DNA of 36,779 nucleotides from an uncultured virus (IMG/VR IMGVR_UViG_3300037010_004438) (IMGVR_UViG_3300037010_004438), one strand, 5' to 3'; positions 25,869-34,758 are shown, counted from the stretch's first letter. Notes: generated by a model from the letters alone, not told the origin. Made by a program: numbers and translations.

Positions 25869-27407
25869 ATGTCCGTCGTCCCTTACCCCGGGTTTCTCTT
25901 CGTCGACACCATCTGCGAGCTGGCGGGCGCCGACGTCACGAAGCTCAATCAGGGATGCCTCGCGTACGTCGGCAATGAAGACGCATACTTCCGTCTCACG
26001 GCAAAGACGCCTCCCGTCTCCCCGAACGGCGTCGACGTCATCTCCGTCCCAGGAGGGCCGCAGACGCCCGGATGTCCGCCCGCCACGACCGGCGCGGACG
26101 TTCGTCGCTGGATTCTCACGAACATCGCCGACGCCATCGGAACGAGCGCAAACTCGCTCGCATGGTACGTGAATGCCGTCAGTGGAAACGACGCGAACAT
26201 CGGCACCGATCCGCTCTTCCCGGTGAAGACCGTCCGCGAGGTCGGCGAACGTTGGGAGCGCGGGGCCGGGTATAACACCGCCGGCGCCGTGCACGTCTAC
26301 ATCCAGAGCGATCACCTCCTGCCGACTGACACGATCCTCGTCAAGCGCCCTGTCGTGAACGGCAACCCCATCATCTTCCACGGGACGCGCGCGAGCGGCT
26401 CTCCTCCGATCAGTCCTCCCATCGTCTCCGCGACCGACATCCACCGCCCGAACAACCAGATCGTCACCCTCGCGTTCGCAGGGCCCGCCCTCCCCGCCAT
26501 CGGTAGCTACATCCACATCCTCTCAGGACCGCTCGCCGGCTACTGGGCGCGCATCGCCAAGGCCGATCCGACGAACGCGCTCGCGCGCGACTGCACCCCA
26601 TTCGTCATCCAGCCGAACCCCTCCGACGCGCAGCTCACGATCGCGTCCTCCGTCTCCGCAAACGTTCCGGGTGCGAGCTACGAGATTCTCCACGCCGGAT
26701 GCTCCATCCCGGAAACCTTCGTCATCGACATCGACCCGCTCGCGGAGGTCTGGTTCTACGACGTCAAGGTCCAAAACCCTGGCGTTCCCCCGAACCCATT
26801 CTACCAGCCGATCATCAAGAGCGGAGCCGTCCGCTTCTTCCGTTCGGAGGGAGACACGGGCTCGCCCGCTACGTTCATCATCGCCTCCGCGGGCTCGATC
26901 TACTTCTCCGGGTCGACCTCGGAAGGGTTCGTCATCCACTCCGTCGGCGAGCAAGTCGAATTCGACGCCTCCTACGCGGACCTTCCCCAGAACTGCGTCC
27001 TCAAGGCTCTGACCCTGAAGAACGACACTCTCGTCTCGCCGGCGTGGAGCGTCCGAACCGAAGACGGGCAGCTCTGCATCCTTCGCGACGTCGCCGTCAA
27101 CGGAAACGGTCCTCAGCCGACGTTCTTCGTGGGCAACGCCATCCTGAAGATCGACGGAGCCCTCTACGGCAAGGACAACATCGCGCCCATCCTCAAGCTT
27201 CGGCGCTGGGCCCGGGGGTCGTACGCCGACCAAGCCTCGCTCACGATCGCCAAGGCTGGAGGAGCTGCCTATAGCGGCGAGATCGATTTCGGCCTCCCTG
27301 CGCCGATGAAGACCTTCGACGCCATCGACATCCCCTTCGTGTCCATCGCCACGGGCAACTCTTCGCAAGCAGGGCTCATCGAGGCAGACGCTCCGTCACC
27401 TCCCTGA
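25869..27407 (+). CDS. Spike-like protein with pectin-lyase/beta-helix-associated motif
   Basis: WYVNAVSGNDANIGTDPLFPVKTV (DUF1565-type motif) followed by a beta-rich region. Confidence 0.7.
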   Translation: MSVVPYPGFLFVDTICELAGADVTKLNQGCLAYVGNEDAYFRLTAKTPPVSPNGVDVISVPGGPQTPGCPPATTGADVRRWILTNIADAIGTSANSLAWYVNAVSGNDANIGTDPLFPVKTVREVGERWERGAGYNTAGAVHVYIQSDHLLPTDTILVKRPVVNGNPIIFHGTRASGSPPISPPIVSATDIHRPNNQIVTLAFAGPALPAIGSYIHILSGPLAGYWARIAKADPTNALARDCTPFVIQPNPSDAQLTIASSVSANVPGASYEILHAGCSIPETFVIDIDPLAEVWFYDVKVQNPGVPPNPFYQPIIKSGAVRFFRSEGDTGSPATFIIASAGSIYFSGSTSEGFVIHSVGEQVEFDASYADLPQNCVLKALTLKNDTLVSPAWSVRTEDGQLCILRDVAVNGNGPQPTFFVGNAILKIDGALYGKDNIAPILKLRRWARGSYADQASLTIAKAGGAAYSGEIDFGLPAPMKTFDAIDIPFVSIATGNSSQAGLIEADAPSPP

Positions 27408-27429
27408 AAAAAGCAGCGACAGAAACGCG

Positions 27430-27457
27430 AAAGGGGAGGCCAAAGGCCTCCCCTTTT
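27430..27457. terminator. Bidirectional terminator
   Basis: AAAGGGGAGGCC-AAA-GGCCTCCCCTTTT between convergent genes. Confidence 0.8.
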
Positions 27458-27486
27458 GCGTCGCGTCGCGCTGCGCGCCGTCGCCG

Positions 27487-27792
27487 TCAGTCGATGACCT
27501 CAGCTTTCGTTTTGTGGCTCTTGAAAAACCAGGTCGAGCCCTTGTGCGAGGCCATCAGCTGCTTGCCTTTGTAGCTGAACGGGCCGAAACTGCCGAGCGT
27601 CTCGCAGAGGACTCGAATGTGCTCGCTGAGGTCTTCCTTCGCCGCCTTCAACTCGACTTCGAGCTTGCTCGCCTTGTCCGACTTCGCCTCGTAGGACTCG
27701 AAGAGCGCACGGCGCGCCTCTCGACTCACCTCAGGAGCGTTCTTCTCGGCTCCCTCCGCCGAGTCGTCGTTCTTTTTCGCCTTGTCGCTCAT
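27487..27792 (-). CDS. Small hypothetical protein
   Basis: RBS AAGGAG on the minus strand; ends at the shared terminator. Confidence 0.8.
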   Translation of the reverse strand: MSDKAKKNDDSAEGAEKNAPEVSREARRALFESYEAKSDKASKLEVELKAAKEDLSEHIRVLCETLGSFGPFSYKGKQLMASHKGSTWFFKSHKTKAEVID

Positions 27793-27867
27793 GCTCTCTC
27801 CTTGTCTCCGCCGAAAACAAACGGAAATCTAGGACCTGAGGAAGGCCCTTCGTGATAGCCTACCACA

Positions 27868-28134
27868 ATGGGCGACGAATACAACGATTTCAAACGAGGG
27901 TTTCTGTTTCAGAAGCCCAAATGCAAAGAATGCAAGAAGAGAGACCGCGTTCCGTGCCCCGAAGAGCGCAGCCGCGCGATCCTTGAGCGACTCGACGCCC
28001 GAGCGAAGGACCCCTCCGCCCTCACCCGCGCGGAGGTCGACCTGCTCAAAGTGCAGCGCGCGCACGCGGAGAAGGTGAAGAAGGGCGACTACTGCGCGAT
28101 CTGCATCGAGAAGATCGATCTTTGGGTTCGGTGA
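27868..28134 (+). CDS. Small Zn-finger-like protein, probably leaderless
   Basis: CKEC...C...CAIC; TGATAGCCT ends 6 nt before the ATG. Confidence 0.7.
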   Translation: MGDEYNDFKRGFLFQKPKCKECKKRDRVPCPEERSRAILERLDARAKDPSALTRAEVDLLKVQRAHAEKVKKGDYCAICIEKIDLWVR

Positions 28135-28424
28135 ACGCGCGCCTTCGCGCTACGATAGGCGTCGTGACGACACGACCCTCCCCGACTGCCGCGATCGGGC
28201 AGTGGAAGAAGTGCGAACGAGAAGGCTGCGACGAGGTCTTTCTCGTCAAGCCGCGCAACGCTCGCCAGAAGTACCACGATCGTTCTTGCGGCGACGCGGT
28301 ACGCAAGCGCTGGCTTCAACCGAGCCGCCAGCGATACATGCGCGAGTACATGGCGGGCTACATCCGCCTTGCAGAGCCCGCCGAATCAGACGCGCCCGAA
28401 GCAGAAGCCCGCAAGAGCGCATAA
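28131..28424 (+). CDS. Small putative Zn-finger DNA-binding protein
   Basis: GTGA overlap; CEREGC...KYHDRSC followed by a basic helix. Confidence 0.6.
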   Translation: MNARLRATIGVVTTRPSPTAAIGQWKKCEREGCDEVFLVKPRNARQKYHDRSCGDAVRKRWLQPSRQRYMREYMAGYIRLAEPAESDAPEAEARKSA

Positions 28425-28463
28425 GTGCCCCCCGACTTTCCATAAGCCAGCAGGAAAAAGCCC

Positions 28464-31268
28464 ATGCTCGCGCGCCGTGCTCGCTACGTCCCCATCCATC
28501 CCTACGTCATCACTCCCACCGCAACGGCCGGATTTCTTGAGGGCCTCATCCATGCCGCGGAAGGGGCCGTGAGCGGCGCTATCCATGCCGTGGAAGGGGC
28601 CGCGAGCGACGTTGTCCACTGGACCGAGGGGGCTGCCGACGACTTCGGCAAAGCCGTCGGAGACGTTGGGCACTGGATCGGCGAAGGCGCCAAAGACATC
28701 GGCGGCTACATCGCCGACGGCGCCAAATGGGTCGGCAACGGCGTCGGCGACGCCGCCAAATGGGTCTACGAACACGACCCCATCATGCAGCTCGCGTCCA
28801 AGGTCGCGAGCGGCGAAAACGTCTGGCAGGCGCTCAAGGAAACGGGCGCCATCGTCACCGAGGACGTCAAAATCTTCGGGCCGTACGTCGCCTACATCCC
28901 AGGCATCGGGACTGCGGCTGCCATGGCCATCGCCGCCGGCGTCGCGCTCGCGAACGGAAAGCGCCTCGACGAAATCGCTCTCGATGCGGCGCGCGGCGCC
29001 CTTCCTCCCGGCCCTGCGCTCATCGCCTTCGACGCCGCCAATGCGCTCGTACGCGGCAAGGGCATCACCGACTCCGCGCTCGCGGGCCTCAAAGGGGTTC
29101 TTCCGGAGGAAATGGGGGGCGCCGTCGACGCAGCCATCTCCATCGTCAAGGGAGGCAACGTCACCGAGGCCGCGCTCCGCGCGGCGCGCGGCGCTCTCCC
29201 CGAAGAGGCGCAGGGCGTCTTCGATGCGGCCGTTTCCGTCGCCAAAGGAGGTAGCGTCACCGACGCCGCACTCTCCGCCGTCCGCGGCGTTCTGCCCGAG
29301 GAGGCGCTCGCTGCGTACGACACGGGCGTCGCTCTCGCGAAGGGCAAGCGCGTTCAAGACGCGATCTCCGATGGCCTCCGCGGTTATCTTCCTCCGGAGT
29401 ACCAAGAGGTCTTCGATGCCGCGCGCGACATCGCGAACGGCAAGAACGTCCTCGACGTCGCCATCAAAGAAGCAAAGGCCCACCTCCCGCCCGAGGCACA
29501 AGCAGCCGCCGACGCCGCCATTACGATCGCCAAGGGAGGCAAGGTGCAGGACACCCTGCTCTCCGCCGCCCGCATCGCCGTCCCTGGCGAGTATGTGCGC
29601 TACTTCGACATGGCGACGGGCCTTCTCCACATGGACAAGAGCAAGGCCGTCGCCGAGGTCATGGCGCAGATCCCTCCCGGGACCCCGGTCGCCGAAGCCT
29701 ACGAAATGGCGAAGAGGATCCAGAAAGAGGGCGTCGCAGGCGCCTCGCATGCAGCGGACGCCGCAAGCCTCTTCAAAGGCCTGGACAAGAGCTTTGCGAT
29801 GGGGTTCGTCGCAAACCTCAGAGCCTCCGTTCACGGAGGCGACCCCTCCACAGCCGCTACTGGCGCCCCCTCCACAGCCGCTACTGGCGCCCCCTCCACA
29901 GCCGCTACTGGCGTCCCCTCCACGGCCGCTACTGGCGCCAGCGCCTACGTGAACGTCGCTCTCGATCTCGCCATCGAAGAGCTTCGCAAGCAGCTTCCTA
30001 GCGATCCGATGGCCGTCGCCGCCTTCGACGCCGCCGTCGACATCGTGAGAGGAAAGAGCATCGAGGACATCGCCTCCGAAGTCGCAAAGCAATACGTGCC
30101 GAAGGAGTACAAGGACAAGGTCGAGACCGCTGTCAAGGCCGTCGACTCCGCCATTCACGGAGGCAACGTCGGCGACGTCGCCATCGAAGCTCTGAAGGGA
30201 CAGCTTCCTCCCGAGCTTAGCGGATACGTCGATCTCGGCGTCGGGATCGTGAAAGGCGAAAAGACGCAGGACGCCGCGATCGCTGCCGCCAAGGCCGCCC
30301 TTCCGAAGGAGCTTTCGAGCGCGTTCAACGCGGCCATGGGCATCGTGAGCGGCGACTACCGCGACGCTCTCAAGAGCGCCGTCGCAGGACAGATGCCGGA
30401 GGGTCTGCCCCTGCAGGACGCCTACTCGAAGGCCCTCGAACTCGGACAGGGTCTCTTCCCTGCCGACGTCATCGCGTCGGCGAGAGCTTCGCTCGGAAGC
30501 GATGCGCTCCGCGACGCATTCGACAAGATCGCACTCCTCGCCAAGGGCAAGGCCATCCAAGAGATCGCGACCGATCTCATCAAGGGGTACATCCCTCCGG
30601 AGGCCAAAGACGCCTACATGAAGGCCGCGACCATCGCCGATCACGCGAACCCGAGCGAGGTCGCGATGGGCGTCGTTCGTGCGCAGCTCCCGCCCTCCGC
30701 GCAGCATGCCGTCGACGGTGCTACTGCCATCTTCAAGGGCAAGGCTCCTGAAGAGATCGCCAACGACGAACTGGTCAAGGGCGCCATCGCTCGCACGCTC
30801 GCACTCAAGCGTGCGGCCGGCGAAATTCCTCCCGCCCCCGTCCACCTCATCGACGGCTCGAAGATCGCCCAAGGCGGACTTCGCGCCGCGGGCATTGCTG
30901 CCGCGGCCCAGTCCTCGAAAACGTCCTTCGCCAAGGTCGCCGGAATGATGGACGCGTCGAACGTCCTCGCCTTCAGCGACGGGGTCAAGAACTTCGTCAA
31001 GAACATGCAGGACGACGCTCGCATCTTCGAGCAAGCCATCGACGACATCGCGATTCGGCGCGCGTCGCTCGGCGCCTCCAACCCCTACACGGGCCCCGCG
31101 TTCGACCCGGCTTTCCAAAAACTCGTCGACCAAAAGACCGCGGAATACGCGCCGAAACCCTCACCCTCACCCTCGCCCTCCGCAACCCCACTCCTCGTCT
31201 TCGGAGGCGCCGCCGTCGCCGCCGCATCGGGCTATCTTCTCTGGAAGAAGCATCTCAAAAAAGCGTGA
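28464..31268 (+). CDS. 934-aa Ala-rich helical-repeat protein with amphipathic N-region and C-terminal TM anchor
   Basis: 11-mer amphipathic repeats, ~32-aa LPxE...DAA...KG repeats, PSTAATGA x4, C-terminal VFGGAAVAAASGYLLWKK. Confidence 0.9.
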   Translation: MLARRARYVPIHPYVITPTATAGFLEGLIHAAEGAVSGAIHAVEGAASDVVHWTEGAADDFGKAVGDVGHWIGEGAKDIGGYIADGAKWVGNGVGDAAKWVYEHDPIMQLASKVASGENVWQALKETGAIVTEDVKIFGPYVAYIPGIGTAAAMAIAAGVALANGKRLDEIALDAARGALPPGPALIAFDAANALVRGKGITDSALAGLKGVLPEEMGGAVDAAISIVKGGNVTEAALRAARGALPEEAQGVFDAAVSVAKGGSVTDAALSAVRGVLPEEALAAYDTGVALAKGKRVQDAISDGLRGYLPPEYQEVFDAARDIANGKNVLDVAIKEAKAHLPPEAQAAADAAITIAKGGKVQDTLLSAARIAVPGEYVRYFDMATGLLHMDKSKAVAEVMAQIPPGTPVAEAYEMAKRIQKEGVAGASHAADAASLFKGLDKSFAMGFVANLRASVHGGDPSTAATGAPSTAATGAPSTAATGVPSTAATGASAYVNVALDLAIEELRKQLPSDPMAVAAFDAAVDIVRGKSIEDIASEVAKQYVPKEYKDKVETAVKAVDSAIHGGNVGDVAIEALKGQLPPELSGYVDLGVGIVKGEKTQDAAIAAAKAALPKELSSAFNAAMGIVSGDYRDALKSAVAGQMPEGLPLQDAYSKALELGQGLFPADVIASARASLGSDALRDAFDKIALLAKGKAIQEIATDLIKGYIPPEAKDAYMKAATIADHANPSEVAMGVVRAQLPPSAQHAVDGATAIFKGKAPEEIANDELVKGAIARTLALKRAAGEIPPAPVHLIDGSKIAQGGLRAAGIAAAAQSSKTSFAKVAGMMDASNVLAFSDGVKNFVKNMQDDARIFEQAIDDIAIRRASLGASNPYTGPAFDPAFQKLVDQKTAEYAPKPSPSPSPSATPLLVFGGAAVAAASGYLLWKKHLKKA
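29844..29939 (+). repeat. 4 x 24-nt in-frame tandem repeat encoding PSTAATG[AV]
   Basis: CCCTCCACAGCCGCTACTGGCGCC at 29844, 29868, 29892, 29916 with 0-1 mismatch each. Confidence 0.95.
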
Positions 31269-31341
31269 GACTCGCCGCTCCGCCTCCCCCGTCGCACGAT
31301 CCCTTTTTTCCGTGTAGGCTTCCGGAAAGCTGAAGGTCCCC

Positions 31342-31689
31342 ATGCCCCGCAATCCCTACCCGATCGACGAAAAGGACCTGACCGAGTGTGATCGCCGGCA
31401 AGGCTTCGCGATCCAGCAGGCTTTCCTCCCGAAGTCGAGCTTCCCGATCACCTTCCCGGCGCCGAACTTCCAGGGACTCTCCGTCACCGAAGGTCTCGTC
31501 GACGGGATCATCAACCTCTACGTCATCTGCGGATCGGACGGCATCCTCGAATACATGCTGTTTCGCGATGGCGGTCCAGACGCGTTCATCCAGCTCCCCG
31601 TCCGCCAAGGACAGCGTGTCGACGGCCAGTTCAAGCGGTTCGGACCCAACACGACCGTCTACCCGCTCATCGCCTACGTCAACGGATGA
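31342..31689 (+). CDS. Small beta-rich hypothetical protein
   Basis: RBS AAGG; typical codon usage. Confidence 0.8.
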   Translation: MPRNPYPIDEKDLTECDRRQGFAIQQAFLPKSSFPITFPAPNFQGLSVTEGLVDGIINLYVICGSDGILEYMLFRDGGPDAFIQLPVRQGQRVDGQFKRFGPNTTVYPLIAYVNG

Positions 31690-31717
31690 ACCAAGAAACG
31701 ATCAAGGAAACAGAGCC

Positions 31718-32140
31718 ATGACCCTCCGGATGAAGCAGAACCTCCTCGCTGCCGCGCCGCTCATCTTCTCGATCCTGGTCAGCGGAGCGGCACTCGCGGC
31801 GACCCCCGGATGCGTCAACGGCAGCGCCGGCAAGACGGTGCAGACCGTCCTCGACGTCGGCGACGCGGTCTGCGACGCGCTCTCGGCGAACGACGTCGAG
31901 AACGACGACGTTCAGCTCGTCTGCAAGTACATGAACCAAGTCGACGGACTCGCGCACGTCTTCATTGCGAAGATTCCGGCGACGCAGGCCGCCAAGATGG
32001 GCATCAAGACCCCAAAGACGCTCGCGATGACGGCGCCCGCTCCTTCAGCGACCGCCTCCGCATCTGCGTCCGCACCGCCCGCGTCGTCCGCTCCGCCGAC
32101 GAGCGCTCCTTCCACGAAGCCGTCGAGCGGAAAGAAGTAG
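31718..32140 (+). CDS. Secreted or membrane protein with Pro/Ser/Ala tail
   Basis: RBS AAGGA; hydrophobic N-terminus LLAAAPLIFSILVSGAALA; three Cys. Confidence 0.75.
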   Translation: MTLRMKQNLLAAAPLIFSILVSGAALAATPGCVNGSAGKTVQTVLDVGDAVCDALSANDVENDDVQLVCKYMNQVDGLAHVFIAKIPATQAAKMGIKTPKTLAMTAPAPSATASASASAPPASSAPPTSAPSTKPSSGKK

Positions 32141-32268
32141 TCTCTGATCGCCGCCGCAATCGGCGCCGATGAGAAGGCTTCATGAGCGGCGCCCGACCAA
32201 GAGCGCCTAAGAACGCCGACCGAGAACGCCGAAAGGCGCTGAAGACCTCGAAGCCTCACGGAGAACCC

Positions 32269-33402
32269 ATGGCCTGCCTCAACCCCAACTGCCGCACCAA
32301 CAAGCACACGGGCGTTTGCCGCGCCGGCGAAGCGCAGGCTCCGCTGCCGATCGCGCCCGCCCAGCTCGTCCCCGCGCCCGCGATGTCACGCCCCGTCGAG
32401 GCTACCCTCGGAAGGTACGACGCCGTGCTCGCCGAAACTGCCCCGGCCGAGGCTGCGCGCCCCGATCGTCTGCGTCCTCGTCGCCCAGGCCCCGAACAGT
32501 CCCCGTCGGCGATGCAGCTGATGGAGGAGCGCTTCCAGCGCGAACGCGAAGGGCTCCTCGCCCAGATCCGCGCACTCAACGAACAGCTCAGCGCCGAGAC
32601 CTCGCGCCGCCGCGCCGCGGAGCAGCGTCCCGAGAGCTGCCCCGAATGCGCGCCGCAGCAGGCGTGCCCTCCGCCCGAACCGTGTCCCGTGTGCCCCTCC
32701 TGCGGAACGCCGCAGGCCGAAGTTCCCTCGATGGGACCCGCGCACATCATCAATCCCTCCGTCATCGGACGTTTCATCGGCGAGGCGGTCGGACCCGTCT
32801 ACACCGAAAGTCCTTCGGAGTCGAACACGATCGCGGGGCCGGGAGCGGGCGCTGCAGCGGCTGCCCCCTACACGCAGGACACTCAAACGACCGCTTCCGA
32901 TCCTCCGAACTATTCCGTCGCTGCGGCTCCGAACCATCAAGCGCTCGCGGCTACCCCCTACACGCAGGACGCTCGGACGACCGCTTCCGATCCTCCGAAC
33001 TATTCCGTCGCTGCGGCTCCGAACCATCAAGCGCTCGCGGCTGCGGCCGTTCGGCCAGGCGTTCGCATAGCCGTGAACAACCCCGCCCTCCGCGCCGCCC
33101 TCGCGGCGAAGCTTCCCCCTCCGACCAGCGGTATCCAGGGCAACTGCAAGAACTGCGGCAACGCCGTCTCCGTCGGGCGCGGCATCGACGCTGCAGTCGG
33201 GGCCTACCAATGCCCCCACTGCGGCTACGCTCACGTCGGGGCGCCGCGCTTCGTCCCCTCGCCCGCGTGCTCGGACTCTCGCGTCCGCAGGGTCGTGAAG
33301 CAGTACCGCACGAAGCTCCTCTCTCTCGCCCAGGCGAAGAACATCCTCTCGCGCAAGTTCAACCTCTCGCCCGCCGACGTGGCCTACTGCCTGTCGCGCT
33401 GA
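32269..33402 (+). CDS. Cys/Pro-rich protein with coiled coil, CPxC cluster and Zn ribbon
   Basis: RBS GGAG, MACLNPNC; CPEC..CP..CPVCPSC; CKNC...CPHC; internal 30-aa duplication. Confidence 0.8.
   Translation: MACLNPNCRTNKHTGVCRAGEAQAPLPIAPAQLVPAPAMSRPVEATLGRYDAVLAETAPAEAARPDRLRPRRPGPEQSPSAMQLMEERFQREREGLLAQIRALNEQLSAETSRRRAAEQRPESCPECAPQQACPPPEPCPVCPSCGTPQAEVPSMGPAHIINPSVIGRFIGEAVGPVYTESPSESNTIAGPGAGAAAAAPYTQDTQTTASDPPNYSVAAAPNHQALAATPYTQDARTTASDPPNYSVAAAPNHQALAAAAVRPGVRIAVNNPALRAALAAKLPPPTSGIQGNCKNCGNAVSVGRGIDAAVGAYQCPHCGYAHVGAPRFVPSPACSDSRVRRVVKQYRTKLLSLAQAKNILSRKFNLSPADVAYCLSR
32857..33042 (+). repeat. 90-nt in-frame tandem duplication
   Basis: Two near-identical copies encoding PYTQDxxTTASDPPNYSVAAAPNHQALAA. 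Confidence 0.95.
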
Positions 33403-33409
33403 GGGCTTC

Positions 33410-33895
33410 ATGAACAACAAGAACCAGAAAGCGGCCACGGGCTGCGCTTGCGGCGGAGGGTGTGGTTACGGCAGGCGCGCTCCTCGCCGCAAAGAGACCG
33501 ACCTCGAACGCCAGCTGCGCATGCGCCGCGAGGCGCACGAAGCGGGTCCGCCGCAGCCCTTCCGCACGAATCGCTACCCCGCGTCGAAAGATCCCTACGT
33601 CGAACATCTTCGCTACGGGCTCGCGAAGGGGCTCATCTCGGCGAGCATGCTCACGCAGATTGGTCTCGACGCCATGCGGTTCCTTCCGGAGCGTCCGAGA
33701 TTCGTTTCCACCGCGCAAGGGCTCGTGATCGCCGGAACGCGCACCGACGCCGCGCCAACCTCCCCAAAACCGTACGCATGCAAGAGCGACGTCATCGCCT
33801 CGATTGCGTACGGGCTGAAGTACGGCGTTCTCACCTACGACACCGTGGCCGCGATGGGGCTCGATCCCTACGCCATCCGAACCTGCCTTCCCTGA
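33410..33895 (+). CDS. Hypothetical protein with duplicated YGLxxG...GLD motif
   Basis: LRYGLAKGLISASMLTQIGLDA and IAYGLKYGVLTYDTVAAMGLDP; N-terminus KAATGCACGGGC. Confidence 0.75.
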   Translation: MNNKNQKAATGCACGGGCGYGRRAPRRKETDLERQLRMRREAHEAGPPQPFRTNRYPASKDPYVEHLRYGLAKGLISASMLTQIGLDAMRFLPERPRFVSTAQGLVIAGTRTDAAPTSPKPYACKSDVIASIAYGLKYGVLTYDTVAAMGLDPYAIRTCLP

Positions 33896-33912
33896 CGCGA
33901 CGAGGATCCATC

Positions 33913-34758
33913 ATGGAAAAGAAGACTGCAATGATCCTGGGAGGCGCCGCGGTCGCGGGCCTCGGACTCTATCTCTGGCAGAAGAGCAAGACCGCCAGCG
34001 CCGCAACGCCGCAAAAGCCTGCGGGCGCGGACGTGCAGTCGCCGCGACTCGGAACTCCCACCGTCCCGGTTTCGCCAAATCCGACTGCGTCGGCTCCGAC
34101 GGATCCGATCGTGACCAAACCGGCAGCGTCGGCTCCGACGGATCCGGCCGTGACCAAGCCGGCGATCCCTTCGCCGACAGCGTCGGCTCCGACGGTTCCG
34201 GTCGTGACCGTGCCGACACCGACGCCGGCCGCAACCGTCCCGGCACCGGCCGGAGTCTCCTTCAACGAGATGACGCCCGACGGAAAGCTCCAGCTCTGGA
34301 CCGCCGTCACCAAGGGCACGCTGAAGACGGACACCTCGAACTCGAACTTCTACGTCTACGACGCCACGCCCGCGAAGACGCTCGACGAGTCCGGATCGAT
34401 GATCCTGATGCAGCGCAACGACGCCCAGGGAGGCGACGCCCTGTACATCCTCGCCTCCGTCTCCAACTCCGAGGCCCCGGTCTTCTGGGCCGCCGCCGAA
34501 AGCGACGCGGTCGCGATGGCGTCCGGGCCCAGCGCCGCGTGGACGGTCTTCCTTCGACCGAACGAGTGGCGAACGATGGCCGAGAACGCGTGGTCGGCAG
34601 GACAGACGTCTCCGTCGGGCTCGACGTCCTCCGTCCCTTCCACGGGCAGCCCCGCCCTCGACCAGTTCGGCCAAGGGTTGCAGGGTCAGCTCTCGCAGGC
34701 GGCTTCTCAGGCGGACCTGCCGAGCAACTCCTTCAACCTGGGCTCGTTCAAGCTCTGA
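33913..34758 (+). CDS. N-anchored protein, WxxFLRPxE family member 1
   Basis: RBS GAGGA; MEKKTAMILGGAAVAGLGLYLWQK; Pro/Thr linker with three ASAPT repeats; WTVFLRPNE. Confidence 0.85.
   Translation: MEKKTAMILGGAAVAGLGLYLWQKSKTASAATPQKPAGADVQSPRLGTPTVPVSPNPTASAPTDPIVTKPAASAPTDPAVTKPAIPSPTASAPTVPVVTVPTPTPAATVPAPAGVSFNEMTPDGKLQLWTAVTKGTLKTDTSNSNFYVYDATPAKTLDESGSMILMQRNDAQGGDALYILASVSNSEAPVFWAAAESDAVAMASGPSAAWTVFLRPNEWRTMAENAWSAGQTSPSGSTSSVPSTGSPALDQFGQGLQGQLSQAASQADLPSNSFNLGSFKL

Noticed and set aside
28386..31133. 915-aa minus-strand ORF (and similar long antisense ORFs such as 13409..15328 and 18593..20953)
   Set aside because: Shadow ORFs of GC-rich + strand genes; no motifs or RBS, and they fully overlap better-supported CDS.
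28464..31268. Tail tape-measure protein call
   Set aside because: Ala-rich and long, but there are no flanking tail tube, chaperone or baseplate genes and it has a C-terminal anchor of the shared type; left unassigned.
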